In this document: positions 49,725 through 64,000 of the stretch, piece after piece
Layout: the number at the start of each line of letters is the position of its first letter
Numbering within the stretch: position 1 is the first letter of the stretch
Assembly (NCBI GenBank): GCA_964187785.1
Contig: OZ076409.1
Coordinates: 61,630,001-61,694,000, forward strand
DNA length: 64,000 bases
Direction: 5' to 3'
Origin: Amphiscolops sp. MND2022
Taxonomy: Eukaryota
Notes under the pieces: generated by a model
What the model was told of the DNA's origin: nothing
What the model saw: the letters and a program-made list of their open reading frames with translations, nothing else
Database searches by the model: none
Made by a program: the position numbers and the translations under genes

Positions 49725-51239
49725 TAGCCAAAAAATCGATAAAAGCACGAGAAAGTAAATTTTTGATGTTTAATATTTAGAAAATAAGAATGATCAGTTT
49801 CTTAATAAAATGGTTAATAAATGCGATTATAATTTTTAAATGATTTTCAGTGTGCAAACAAGGATCCTGGAAGTGCAGACATGACAATCGAAAAAATAAC
49901 CAAAATTTTTCAACGACTCCAGTAAAGTCAGCAAATTAGTCAAGTGATACGTACACTGAAACGATTTATGGAGTTATTCTTAATCGGTGTGAGTGTGTTA
50001 TCAAACTACAATGCCGGATTTTTTTCATGCAGATGTGACATGATGGAACGCCTGAATGAACAGAAAAACATTATTGCCAAAGTTTGAAATTCAGAAGAGA
50101 CTAAGTTAAACGTGAATAATTCCAGAAGTTTCCCGGTAGCTTAAATTCATATATCTTCAGTAGAAGTTCCGAAAGTTGTTCTATAGTAGTTTTATACGTG
50201 ATTTAAAAATGGAAAAACTAATTTAATTCATTGTTGATTCGAATATTTCTGTGAGAATATTCCCGGCCAAATTTGTTCATATAATTTTAACTTCAAGTGA
50301 TAAAACTACTAACTTTTTTCTGATCAACTTACTGTTACATCTGTATACAGAATACCACAGTTGAAAGAAAACTGAGAAAAATAAATATTGAAATTTCATG
50401 ATTTTATTATAAAGTTTTATTCCATGAATGCAAAATATACCAAACAATTCTTTTATTTCACTTAGCTGTAAAAAATTCGAAGCTCTGTTTTCTGTTCCTT
50501 AGTTGACTAATTAAAGGTTTGAAAGTTTTGAAAATGAACTTTAGACCAAGGTAACAAAAAACAAGATATCAAAAACAAGGTAACAAAAACAAGGTAACAA
50601 GGAAATAAGCCCGCTAACGACCAATATATTTTCCACCCGAAGACTATTTGCACTCTTTGCCTTGTGGTGTTTTCCATTCTCTTTTGCATGCAGGCAAAAC
50701 TCATCGATGCAGGCCAACGTTTCCAAGATTGAAAATACGTATTCAATAATATTTCAGCTTATGCAGAACTAAATATTTTGTTTTTCATACCAGTTAGGTT
50801 TCTTACCACTTCACTGTGTAAATAGAAACGATCAAGTGTGATAATTATTTTCCGCCCATATTCCATATTTGCCATGTTCCAATGTCGTACCCAAAATGAA
50901 AGGATTCACCCATGAAATTTGTTGACGACTAGCAAACTCAGTGCGATAAGAACGAATTGAACAACAACTGTAATTTAGTATGAATTCTGAAATACAGAAA
51001 TTGTTACTACTGTTTTGCCACTATGGCTAACTTTGACAGGCTGTTAACAACACGTAATTTCATTATTTTCACACTTTCAATTTCTAACAGTTAGTTCAGA
51101 GTATATCTAGGCTCTACCACACTTCCCTCTTTGATTGGATAGGTTGTGTACAATGGCAGAAACACACATTAGATGTTAAGGCATCAATTTTAACTTGGAT
51201 AAGATGTTTTTACTGTTTTAGGTGTTTCGCGGGCTATTA

Positions 51240-51772
51240 TTAGTCGGCGCCTTTTCCCTTAATGAAAAAAGCCCGACTATTACAGTGGGTAGTTTTTTTT
51301 CTTTTTCAGCCTACAATCTCACTCTGAATGGTCCACTTTTTACAATTTGTTCATCTGTTCTGTTGTTCATCTTCGACTAAATTTCTGAAGCCGGAGAGCG
51401 GGGGTTCGATTCTCCCACTAAACCATAATATTTTTATGCTTCCAAAAGTACAGCAGGTGAAACCAAAGGGTCCCCCCTTTGGGTTTTTTTCGGAACTATG
51501 CGACTTTTTTTTCGAAAATTTTTGGATTCTATCAAAGGGTAACCCTTTGCGTTTTTTGAAGTTTTCGGTTTGTAAAAACGTTTAATGAGCCTGAATGGCC
51601 TCTTTTTGAGTTTTTCGGCATTGTGCGATTTTCTGAAAAAATACTTTTTTTCGAAAAAAAATTTCAAAATTTTTTTCGGAAAAAAACAATTTTTCCAAAT
51701 GTTTCCAATTGTTGTTCTTTGAATATTTTTGAGCCTTAGATATGGCGCCGACTTGAGACGATCCCGTCTTGT
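51240..51772 (+). mobile_element. full-length HINE-like element
   Basis: Same termini as 44210-44682, with an internal B-box-like GGTTCGATTC near 51403. Confidence 0.8.
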
Positions 51773-51791
51773 CTCTTATACGTTGAATTTT

Positions 51792-52311
51792 TTACTCCTG
51801 ATGTACTTTGGTCACCATCACCATGTTTCCAAGCCAATCAGGCTTTTTGGGTACTCTCGTTGATTTTCTCACGACTTTCCTCTCCGTTTCCCATTTCACC
51901 TGTCCTTTTCTTGGTGCAGTCTGTGGTAGACCTTCGTCTTCGATTTTTCGATTTTTCTCGTCATCTTCCTTCATTCCTTTTTTCATCTACTTTTTGTTCT
52001 GTTGTCTTTATTTCCTGTTGTGGGTTTTCTCTCCCTGCCTTTATCGATTCTATACACTCAATAATTTCTTCATTGTGTTCCATTTGATTTGCAATAGATG
52101 GTTGACCCATCTTATCGCTGCTCAAAGATTCCCGCCAAAAGGGCCGAATTGGGTCAAGTGGCACTGGTGCTCGCTCCTTCGTTTGCCATAGCCACACCTC
52201 GTTTCGATATCGTTACTTGCTTTCATCATTTGGCCAGGCCGGTGATTGTATTCTCGCCCTGGTTCGTTATTCTTCCTTTCATCTTCTTGAAATTGTCCTT
52301 CAGTTTTGTGA
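51792..52311 (-). pseudogene. C-terminal tail of a Ty3/Gypsy pol (integrase) ORF
   Basis: Ends in RKSTRVPKKPDWLG, a typical Gypsy integrase tail motif, and is contiguous with the integrase-derived array. Confidence 0.65.
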
Positions 52312-55300
52312 CCCGTGAAAACCTTTACTAGGCCCGTTCTTTTTCTTTTTGGAAATCCGTTTGTTGCGATATACTCTAGCAAACAGGCAATTACTTTGTC
52401 CGCTGACGAATTTGGAAAAAAGGCGTACGACCAACCTGAATTCTTAACGACTGAGACTAGTGGATACTTTTTCTGTTTGTATGCATTTTGGATTGGGTCA
52501 GCAAAATCTAGCGAGATATCGTCATTCGGTTGGCTCGCTTCCGGTATATTTTTATACACTTCATATTCTTACCTGCTGTTTGTCAGTCAGCACAATTTTT
52601 GGCCTTTTCTAACGTTTCGCGTAGTATCAATGGCCACCACACAACAGATGCATCGCGCAACATGGCATCGCCCTCCTTGAACTCTTCTTGAAATTGTCCT
52701 CCAGTTTTGTGCGCTGGACACGCTCTCTGACCAGAATTGTCGAATCAGCCTCCTCGCTGAAATCCTCAGGTTCAATTTGCAGATAGTGTTTTTTTAGAAT
52801 AAATTTTCTGATCATAGCCAATTTTAAGGTATTCGGTTGTCCACACGTCTGCTGCTCACACGCCGATTCATTATCCACTCCTTTCTCTGATCTTAACGCG
52901 AACAAGATATTCGATATTAAACTCGTGTCCCGCTGTACTATGATGCTTCTATTCGTTGTAAGCCTTCTGTTTGCTGTTCTGATCTTTCTTTCCACTTTAC
53001 CATTCCCTCTATGGTCACGTACGGGACAAATTATGTGTTGGATTCCCCCTCGTTTAAAAATTCTGTAAAGTTCTCACCCGTGAAAACTTTTCCTAGGCCC
53101 GTTCTTTTTATTTTTGGAAATCCCTTTGTTGCGATATACTCTAGCAAAAAGTCAATTACTTTGTCCGCTGACGGATTTGGAAAAAAAGGCGTCCGACCAA
53201 CCTGAATTCTTAACGACTGAGACTAGTGGATACTTTTTCTGTTTGTATGCATTTTGGATTGGGTCAGCAAAATCTAGCGAGATATCGTCATTCGGTTGGC
53301 TCGCTTCCGGTATATTTTTATACACTTCATATTCTTACCTGCTGTTTGTCAGTCAGCACAATTTTTGGCCTTTTCTAACGTTTCGCGTAGTATCAATGGC
53401 CACCACACAACAGATGCATCGCGCAACATGGCATCGCCCTCCTTGAACTCTTCTTGAAATTGTCCTCCAGTTTTGTGCGCTGGACACGCTCTCTGACCAG
53501 AATTGTCGAATCAGCCTCCTCGCTGAAGTCCTCAGGTTCAATTTGCAGATAGTGGTTTTTTTAGAATAAATTTTCTGATCATAGCCGATTTTACCGTATT
53601 CGGTTGTCCACACGTCTGCTGCTCACACGCCGATTCATTATCCACTCCTTTCTCTGATCTTAATGCGAACAAGATATTCGATATTATACTCGTGTCCCGC
53701 TGTACTATGATGTTTCTATTCGTTGTAACCCTTCCGTTTGCTGTTCTGATCATTCGTTCCACTTTACCAGTCACTCAATGGTCACCTATGGGACAATTTA
53801 TGTGTTGGATAAACCTCTTCTACCAAATTTCTTTAACCTTTTTACCCGTTAAAATTTTCCTACGCCCTTTGTTTTTGGAATTCCGTTTTTTGCGATATAC
53901 TCTAGCAAAAAGTCAATTAATTTGTCCGCGGATGGATTTGGAAAAAAAGAAGGCGTTCGCGCAACCTGAATTGTTATCGAATGATAAATACTTTTTCTGT
54001 TTATAGGCATTTTGGAATGGGCCTGCAAAGTTTATCGAGATTTCGTCATTCGGTTGGTTCGCTGCAGGTTTGTTCTGATACATTTTATATTCTTACCTGC
54101 TGTTTGACAGTCAGCACAATTTTTGGTCTTTTCTACAATCTCGCGGTGTATCAATGGCCACCACACATCAGATGCCCCGCGTAACATGGCATCTCTCACG
54201 ACACAACGAAATTCAGTGGCCCTCGATACGTTTTCGCGCATATTCTTGGGAATCACAAAGCGTTGATCCATGTATAAAATATTTTGCGAAACGATACTGA
54301 ATAAAATTAATTTTTCCCTCCAAGGAGGTGACAGTCTAGAGATAATTGCAGGAGATTCAGTTTTCACAAGGCAAACGATTTTTTGTTTGTTTTTATCACT
54401 TCTGTAGTGAGCCTAAACATAGACGCAGCTTATTTTAAAATTTGACAAATCTTAATCCACTGACATTTCGGAGCTATTTGACACCTGACAATTTTTTTTA
54501 CAATTGATGCTCGACTATGTAGACGCATGAACTGTAAGCACCCCCTTAAGACGCATGAACTGTAAGTTTTTGCCCCATATCTCAATTCGGATTGGTCCAT
54601 TTTCATTGGTGACTTTTCTACGCAATGCCGGTACGATCTCTTTTAACACATTTAAAGTAAACCAACATTTCAACAATTCTTGTTGTTCTGATCATTCTTT
54701 CCACTTTACCATTCCCTCTATGGTCACGTATGGGACAAATTATGTCTTGGATAAACCCCTCGTTTCAAAATTCTCTAAAGTTCTCACCCGTGAAAACTTT
54801 TCCCAGGCCCGTTCTTTTTATTTTTGGAAATCCGTTTGTTAGGACATACTCTAGCAAAAAGTCAATTACTTTGTCCGCCGCCAGATTTGGAAAAAAGGCG
54901 TCCGACCAACCTGAATTGTTATCGACTGAGACTAGTAGATATTTTTCTGTTTGTATGCATTTTGGATTGGGTCCGCAAAATCTAGCGAGATATCGTCATT
55001 CGGTTGGCTCGCTTCCGGTATGTTTTTATACACTTCATATTCTTACCTGCTGTTTGTCAGTCGGCACAATTTTTGGCCTTTTCTAAAGTTTCGCGTAGTA
55101 TCAATGGCCGCCACACATCAGATGCCCCGCGCAACATGGCATCACTCACAGCATGCCCAAAGTGAATGGTCCCCAATGCATTTTCGCGCATATCTTGGGA
55201 ATCACAAAGCGTTGATCCATGTATAAAAAATTTTGCGAAACGATACTGAATGAAATTAATTTTTCCTTCCAATGAGGTGACAGTCTAGAGATAATTGCAG

Positions 55301-58300
55301 GAGTTTCATTTTTCACACGGCAAATGACGTTTTGTTTGTTTTCATGACTTTTGTAGTTAGCCTAATCATAGACGCAGCTGATTTTAAAATTTGACAAATC
55401 TTTATCCACTGACTTTTTGGAGCTATTTAACCCTTGACAATTTTTTACAACTGATGCTCGACTACGTAGACGCATGAACTGTAAGCTTTTACCCCATCTC
55501 TCAATTCGGATTGGTCCATTTTCATTGGTGACTTTTCTATGCATTGCCGGTACGAACTTTATTTACCACATTTAAAGTAAACCAACATTTCAACAATTCT
55601 TGCTGTTCTGATCATTCTTTCCACTTTACCATTCCCTCTATGGTCACGTATGGGACAAAATATGTGTTGAATAAACCCCTCGTTTCAAAATTCTCTAAAG
55701 TTCTCACCCGTGAAAACTTTTACTAGGCCCGTTCTTTTTCTTTTTGGAAATCCGTTTGTTGCGATATACTCTAGCAAAAAGTCAATTACTTTGTCCGCTG
55801 ACGAAATTGGAAAAAAGGCGTACGACCAACCTGAATTGTTATCGACTGAGACTAGTAGATACTTTTTCTGTTTGTATGCATTTTGGATTGGGTCCGCAAA
55901 ATCTAGCGAGATATCGTCATTCGGTTGGCTCGCTTCCGGTATGTTTTTATACACTTCATATTCTTACCTGCTGTTTGTCAGTCGGCACAATTTTTGGCCT
56001 TTTCTAAAGTTTCGCGTAGTATCAATGGCCGCCACACATCAGATGCCCCGCGCAATATGGCATCGCTCACAGCTTGCCCAAAGTGAATGGTCCCCAATGC
56101 ATTTTCGCGCATATCTTGGGAATAATAAAGCGTTGATCCATGTATAAAAAATTTTGCGAAACGATACTGAATGAAATTAATTTTTCCCTCCAAGGAGGTG
56201 ACAGTCTAGAGATAATTGCAGGAGTTTCATTTTTCACACGGCAAACGACGTTTTGTTTGTTTTCATCACTTTTGTAGTTAGCCTAAACATAGACGCAGCT
56301 GATTTTAAAATTTGACAAATCTTTATCCACTGACATTTTGGAGCTATTTAACCCTTGACAATTTTTTACAACTGATGCTCGACTACGTAGACGCATGAAC
56401 TGTAAGCTTTTACCCCATCTCTCAATTCGGATTGGTCCATTTTCATTGGTGACTTTTCTATGCATTGCCGGTATGAACTTTATTTACCACATTTAAAGTA
56501 AACCAACATTTCAACAATTCTTGCTGTTCTGATCATTCTTTCCACTTTACCATTCCCTCTATGGTCACGTATGGGACAAAATATGTGTTGGATAAACCCC
56601 TCGTTTCAAAATTCTCCAAAGTTCTCACCCGTGAAACCTTTTCCTAGGCCCGTTCTTTTTCTTTTTGGAAATCCGTTTGTTAGGACATACTCTAGCAAAA
56701 AGTCAATTACTTTGTCCGCCGACAGATTTGGAAAAAAGGCGTCCGACCAACCTGAATTGTTATCGACTGAGACTAGTAGATATTTTTCTGTTTGTATGCA
56801 TTTTGGATTGGGTCCGCAAAATCTAGCGAGATATCGTCATTCGGTTGGCTCGCTTCCGGTATGTTTTTATACACTTCATATTCTTACCTGCTGTTTGTCA
56901 GTCGGCACAATTTTTGGCCTTTTCTAAAGTTTCGCGTAGTATCAATGGCCGCCACACATCAGATGCCCCGCGCAACATGGCATCACTCACAGCATGCCCA
57001 AAGTGAATGGTCCCCAATGCATTTTCGCGCATATCTTGGGAATCACAAAGCGTTGATCCATGTATAAAAAATTTTGCGAAACGATACTGAATGAAATTAA
57101 TTTTTCCTTCCAATGAGGTGACAGTCTAGAGATAATTGCAGGAGTTTCATTTTTCACACGGCAAATGACGTTTTGTTTGTTTTCATGACTTTTGTAGTTA
57201 GCCTAATCATAGACGCAGCTGATTTTAAAATTTGACAAATCTTTATCCACTGACTTTTTGGAGCTATTTAACCCTTGACAATTTTTTACAACTGATGCTC
57301 GACTACGTAGACGCATGAACTGTAAGCTTTTACCCCATCTCTCAATTCGGATTGGTCCATTTTCATTGGTGACTTTTCTATGCATTGCCGGTACGAACTT
57401 TATTTACCACATTTAAAGTAAACCAACATTTCAACAATTCTTGCTGTTCTGATCATTCTTTCCACTTTACCATTCCCTCTATGGTCACGTATGGGACAAA
57501 ATATGTGTTGAATAAACCCCTCGTTTCAAAATTCTCTAAAGTTCTCACCCGTGAAAACTTTTACTAGGCCCGTTCTTTTTCTTTTTGGAAATCCGTTTGT
57601 TGCGATATACTCTAGCAAAAAGTCAATTACTTTGTCCGCTGACGAAATTGGAAAAAAGGCGTACGACCAACCTGAATTGTTATCGACTGAGACTAGTAGA
57701 TACTTTTTCTGTTTGTATGCATTTTGGATTGGGTCCGCAAAATCTAGCGAGATATCGTCATTCGGTTGGCTCGCTTCCGGTATGTTTTTATACACTTCAT
57801 ATTCTTACCTGCTGTTTGTCAGTCGGCACAATTTTTGGCCTTTTCTAAAGTTTCGCGTAGTATCAATGGCCGCCACACATCAGATGCCCCGCGCAATATG
57901 GCATCGCTCACAGCTTGCCCAAAGTGAATGGTCCCCAATGCATTTTCGCGCATATCTTGGGAATAATAAAGCGTTGATCCATGTATAAAAAATTTTGCGA
58001 AACGATACTGAATGAAATTAATTTTTCCCTCCAAGGAGGTGACAGTCTAGAGATAATTGCAGGAGTTTCATTTTTCACACGGCAAACGACGTTTTGTTTG
58101 TTTTCATCACTTTTGTAGTTAGCCTAAACATAGACGCAGCTGATTTTAAAATTTGACAAATCTTTATCCACTGACATTTTGGAGCTATTTAACCCTTGAC
58201 AATTTTTTACAACTGATGCTCGACTACGTAGACGCATGAACTGTAAGCTTTTACCCCATCTCTCAATTCGGATTGGTCCATTTTCATTGGTGACTTTTCT

Positions 58301-61300
58301 ATGCATTGCCGGTATGAACTTTATTTACCACATTTAAAGTAAACCAACATTTCAACAATTCTTGCTGTTCTGATCATTCTTTCCACTTTACCATTCCCTC
58401 TATGGTCACGTATGGGACAAAATATGTGTTGGATAAACCCCTCGTTTCAAAATTCTCCAAAGTTCTCACCCGTGAAAACTTTTACTAGGCCCGTTCTTTT
58501 TCTTTTTGGAAATCCGTTTGTTGCGATATACTCTAGCAAACAGGCAATTACTTTGTCCGCTGACGAATTTGGAAAAAAGGCGTACGACCAACCTGAATTG
58601 TTATCGACTGAGACTAGTAGATACTTTTTCTGTTTGTATGCATTTTGGATTGGGTCCGCAAAATCTAGCGAGATATCGTCATTCGGTTGGCTCGCTTACG
58701 CTATATTTTTATACACTTCATATTCTTACCTGCTGTTTGTCAGTCGGCACAACTTTTGGCCTTTTCTAAAGTCTCGCGTAGTATCAATGGCCACCACACA
58801 TCAGATGCCCCGCGCAACATGACAACGCTCACAGCATGCCCAAAGTGAATGGTCCACAATGCATTTTCGCGCATATCTTTGGAAATCACTAAGCATTGAT
58901 CCATGTATAGTAATTTTTGCGAAACAATACTGAATGAAATTGATTTTCCCTTGCAAGGTGGTGGCATTCTAGAGATTACTGCAGGAGTTTTATCTTTCAC
59001 CAGGCAATTGATATTTTGTTTGTTTTTATCTTTTTCGTAGTTAGCTTGTACATAGACGCAGCTTACCTAACATTTGACAATTCATTATCCACTGACATTT
59101 CGGAGCTAATTGGCACTTGACGTAATTGTTTACAATTGATGCTCGAATGCGTAGGCGCATGAACTGTGAGCACACCCTCTTTTGCGTGTTGCTTGCTTTT
59201 ACCCCATCTCTCAATTCTGATTGGTCCTTTTTCATTGGTGACTTTTCTACGCAATGCCGGTACGATCTCTTTTAACACATTTAAAGTAAACCAACATTTC
59301 AACAATTCTTGTTGTTCTGATCATTCTTTCCACTTTACCATTCCCTCTATGGTCACGTATGGGACAAATTATGTCTTGGATAAACCCCTCGTTTCAAAAT
59401 TCTCTAAAGTTCTCACCCGTGAAACCTTTTCCTAGGCCCGTTCTTTTTCTTTTTGGAAAACCGTTTGTTGCGATATACTCTAGCAAAAAGTCAATTACTT
59501 TGTCCGCCGACGGATTTGAAAAAAAAGCGTCCGACCAACCTGATTTGTTATCGACTGAAACTAGTAGATACTTTTTCTGATTGTATGCATTTTGGATTGG
59601 GTCCGCAAAATCTAGCGAGATATCGTCATTCGGTTGGATTGCTTACGCTATATTTTTATACACTTCATATTCTTACCTGCTGTTTGTCAGTCGGCACAAC
59701 TTTTGGCCTTTTCTAAAGTCTCGCGTAGTATCAATGGCCACCACACATCAGATGCCCCGCGCAACATGACAACGCTCACAGCATGCCCAAAGTGAATGGT
59801 CCCCAATGCATTTTCGCGCATATCTTTGGAAATCACTAAGCATTGATCCATTTATAGTAATTTTTGCGAAACAATACTGAATGAAATTGATTTTCCCTTG
59901 CAAGGTGGTGGCATTCTAGAGATTACTGCAGGAGTTTTATCTTTCACCAGGCAAATGATATTTTGTTTGTTTTTATCTTTTTCGTAGTTAGCTTGTACAT
60001 AGACGCAGCTTACCTAACATTTGACAATTCAATATCCACTGACATTTCGGAGCTAATTGGCACTTGACGTAATTGTTTACAATTGATGCTCGAATGCGTA
60101 GGCGCATGAACTGTGAGCACACCCTCTTTTGCGTGTTGCTTGCTTTTACCCCATCTCTCAATTCTGATTGGTCCTTTTTCATTGGTGACTTTTCTACGCA
60201 ATGCCGGTACGATCTCTTTTAACACATTTAAAGTAAACCAACATTTCAACAATTCTTGCTGTTCTGATCATTCTTTCCACTTTACCATTCCCTCTATGGT
60301 CACGTATGGGACAAATTATGTGTTGGATAAACCCCTCGTTTCAAAATTCTCTAAAGTTCTCACCCGTGAAACCTTTTCCTAGGCCCGTTCTTTTTCTTTT
60401 TGGAAAACCGTTTGTTGCGATATACTCTAGCAAAAAGTCAATTACTTTGTCCGCCGACGGATTTGAAAAAAAAAGCGTCCGACCAACCTGATTTGTTATC
60501 GACTGAGACTAGTAGATACTTTTTCTGATTGTATGCATTTTGGATTGGGTCCGCAAATTCTAGCGAGATATCGTCATTCGGTTGGATTGCTTCCGGTATA
60601 TTTTTATGCACTTCATATTCTTACCTGCTGTTTGTCAGTCACCACATATTTTGGTCTTTTCTAAAGTTCGCGTAGTATCAAATGCCACCACACAACAGAT
60701 GCCCCGCGCAATATGGCATCGCCCTCCTTGAACTCTTCTTGAAATTGTCCTCCAGTTTTGTTCGCTGGACACGCTCTCTGACCAGAATTGTCGAATCAGC
60801 CTCCTCGCTGAAGTCCTCAGGTTCAATTTGCAGATAGTGTTTTTTTAGAATAAATTTTCTGATCATAGCCAATTTTAAGGTATTCGGTTGTCCACACGTC
60901 TGCTGCTCACACGCCGATTCATTATCCACTCCTTTCTCTGATCTTAACGCGAACAAGATATTCGATATTAAACTCGTATCCCGCTGTACTATGATGCTTC
61001 TATTCGTTGTACGCCTTCTGTCTGCTGTTCTGATCTTTCTTTCCACTTTACCATTCCCTCTATGGTCACGTATGGGACAAATTATGTGTTGGATACCCCC
61101 TCGTTTCAAAATTCTCTAAAGTTCTCACCCGTGAAAACTTTTCGTCGGCCCGTTCTTTTTCTTTTTGGAAATCCGTTTGTTGCGATATACTCTAGCAAAA
61201 AGTCAATTACTTTGTCCGCTGACGAATTTGGAAAAAAATGCGTACGACCAACCTGAATTGTTATCGACTGGGACTAGTAGATACTTTTTCTGTTTGTATG

Positions 61301-64000
61301 CATTTTGGATTGGGTCCGCAAAATCTAGCGAGATATCGTCATTCGGTTGGCTCGCTTACGCTATATTTTTATACACTTCATATTCTTACCTGCTGTTTGT
61401 CAGTCGGCACAACTTTTGGCCTTTTCTAAAGTCTCGCGTAGTATCAATGGCCACCACACATCAGATGCCCCACGCAACATGGCATCGCTCACAGCATGCC
61501 CAAAGTGAATGGTCCCCAATGCATTTTCGCGCATATCTTTGGAAATCACTAAGCATTGATCCATGTATAGTAATTTTTGCGAAACAATACTGAATGAAAT
61601 TGATTTTCCCTTGCAAGGTGGTGGCATTCTAGAGATTACTGCAGGAGTTTCATCTTTCACCAGGCAAATGATATTTTGTTTGCTTTTATCTTTTTCGTAG
61701 TTAGCTTGTACATAGACGCAGCTTACCTAACATTTGACAATTCATTATCCACTGACATTTCGGAGCTAATTGGCACTTGACGTAATTGTTTACAATTGAT
61801 GCTCGAATGCGTAGGCGCATGAACTGTGAGCACACCCTCTTTTGCGTGTTGCTTGCTTTTACCCCATCTCTCAATTCTGATTGGTCCTTTTTCATTGGTG
61901 ACTTTTCTACGCAATGCCGGTACGATCTCTTTTAACACATTTAAAGTAAACCAACATTTCAACAATTCTTGCTGTTCTGATCATTCTTTCCACTTTACCA
62001 TTCCTTCTATGGTCACGTATGGGACAAATTATGTGTTGGATAAACCCCTCGTTTCAAAAATCTCTAAAGTTCTCACCCGTGAAACCTTTTCCTAGGCCCG
62101 TTCTTTTTTTTTGGAAAACCGTTTGTTGCGATAAACTCTAGCAAAAAGTCAATTACTTTGTCCGCCGACGGATTTGAAAAAAAGTGTCCGACCAACCTGA
62201 TTTGTTATCGACTGAGACTAGTAGATACTTTTTCTGATTGTATGCATTTTGGATTGGGTCCGCAAAATCTAGCGAGATATCGTCATTCGGTTGGCTTGCT
62301 TCCGGTATATTTTTATACACTTCATATTCTTACCTGCTGTTTGTCAGTCAGCACAATTTTTGGCCTTTTCTAAAGTTCGCGTAGTATCAAAGGCCACCAC
62401 ACAACAGATGCCCCGCACAATATGGCATCGCCCTGCTTGAACTCTTCTTGAAATTGTCCTCCAGTTTTGTGCGCTGGACACGCTCGCTGACCAGAATTGT
62501 CGAATCAGCCTCCTCGCTGAAGTCCTCAGGTTCAATTTGCAGATAGTGTTTTTTTAGAATAAGTTTTCTGATCATAGCCAATTTTAAGATATTCGGTTGT
62601 CCACACGTCTGCTGCTCGCACGCCGATTCATTATCCACTCCTTTCTCTGATCTTAACGCGAACAAGATATTCGATATTAAACTCGTGTCCCGCTGTACTA
62701 TGATGCTTCTATTCGTTGTACGCCTTCTGTCTGCTGTTCTGATCTTTCTTTCCACTTTACCATTCCCTCTATGGTCACGTATGGGACAAATTATGTGTTG
62801 GATACCCCCTCGTTTCAAAATTCTCTAAAGTTCTCACCCGTGAAAACTTTTCGTCGGCCCGTTCTTTTTATTTTTGGAAATCCCTTTGTTGCGATATACT
62901 CTAGCAAAAAGTCAATTACTTTGTCCGCCGACGGATTTGGAAAAAAAGGCGTCCGACCAACCTGAATTGTTATCGACTGAGACTAGTAGATACTTTTTCT
63001 GTTTGTATGAATTTTGGATTGGGTCCGCAAAATCTAGCGAGATATCGTTATTCGGTTGGCTCGCTTCCGGTATAATTTTTTACGCTTCATGTTCTTACCT
63101 GCTGTTTGTCAGTCAGCACAAATTTTGGCCTTTTCTAAAGTTTCGCGTAGTATCAATGGCCACCACACAACAGATGCCCCGCGCAATATGGCATCGCCCT
63201 CCTTGAACTCTTCTTCAAATTGTTCTCCAGTTTTGTGCGCTGGACACGCTCTCTGACCAGAATTGTCGAATCAGCCTCCTCGCTGAAGTCCTCAGGTTCA
63301 ATTTGCAGATAGTGGTTTTTTTAGAATAAATTTTCTGATCATAGCCAATTTTAAGGTATTCGGTTGTCCACACGTCTGCTGCTCACACGCCGATTCATTA
63401 TCCACTCCTTTCTCTGATCTTAACGCGAACACGATATTCGATATTAAACTCGTGTCCCGCTGTACTATGATGCTTCTATTCGTTGTAAGCCTTCTGTCTG
63501 CTGTTCTGATCTTTCTTTCCACTTTACCATTCCCTCTATGGTCACGTATGGGACAAATTATGTGTTGGATACCCCCTCGTTTCAAAATTCTCTAAAGTTC
63601 TCACCCGTGAAAACTTTTCCTAGGCCCGTTCTTTTTATTTTTGGAAATCCCTTTGTTGCGATATACTCTAGCAAAAAGTCAATTACTTTGTCCGCCGACG
63701 GATTTGGAAAAAAAGGCGTCCGACCAACCTGAATTGTTATCGACTGAGACTAGTAGATACTTTTTCTTTTTGTATGCATATTGGATTGGGTCCGCAAAAT
63801 CTAGCGAGATATCGTCATTCGGTTGGCTCGCTTACGCTATATTTTTATACACTTCATATTCTTACCTGCTGTTTGTCAGTCGGCACAACTTTTGGCCTTT
63901 TCTAAAGTCTCGCGTAGTATCAATGGCCACCACACATCAGATCCCCGCGCAACATGGCGTCGCTCACAGCTTGCCCAAAGTGAATGGTCCCCAATGCATT
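52312..64000 (-). repeat. tandem array (>=14 monomers of 762-947 bp) of degenerate Ty3/Gypsy integrase sequence; runs off the window
   Basis: HHCC motif IHFGH...VWWP...KNCADC and rve-core motifs ISLDFA, LVSVDNNSGW, HRGNGKVER recur in frameshifted form. The landmark ATGGTCAC occurs at 53011, 53778, 54720, 55640, 56561, 57481, 58402, 59349, 60296, 61062, 62009, 62771 and 63538. Confidence 0.93.

Noticed and set aside
50507..50746. Short hydrophobic ORFs upstream of the sulfotransferase
   Set aside because: The hydrophobic part comes from a short AACAAGGTAACAAA tandem repeat; no family motif.
52122..63732. Functional integrase genes, or the many plus-strand ORFs in the array
   Set aside because: Minus-strand frames are broken by frameshifts and stops in the monomers, and plus-strand ORFs are antisense shadows.

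Overview
Eukaryotic (animal-like), AT-rich, repeat-dense DNA; no prokaryotic operon, rRNA or CRISPR signal. Host genes: (1) a divergent multi-exon TRPM-like cation channel gene on the minus strand, which I reconstructed by hand from GT-AG exons between about 21482 and 1984. It covers an N-terminal low-complexity region, a SLOG-like region and MHR motifs, and probably continues past the left edge. (2) An intronless carbohydrate sulfotransferase (Sulfotransferase-2/CHST family) at 48672-49724 (-). Most of the rest is transposon-derived. There are two intact-ended LTR elements with no recognisable gag/pol (27030-34700 minus; 36856-42263 plus). Their LTRs show no similarity beyond the termini, but they share an identical tRNA-Arg-type PBS displaced 15-16 nt from the LTR, GCCCGGGGAG PPTs with internal duplicates, and abnormal target-site duplications (3 bp and 69 bp), each followed by TGT microhomology. 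One carries a decayed triple AT-hook ORF. Also present: a >12 kb tandem array built from Ty3/Gypsy integrase fragments (51792-64000); a 3.65 kb tandem duplication that copies the putative TRPM first exon; a 152-bp perfect palindrome; many Helentron-type non-autonomous elements; a hAT/BED-finger relic; and two copies of a 1.85 kb unclassified repeat. All family assignments rest on motif recognition by eye, not database searches.
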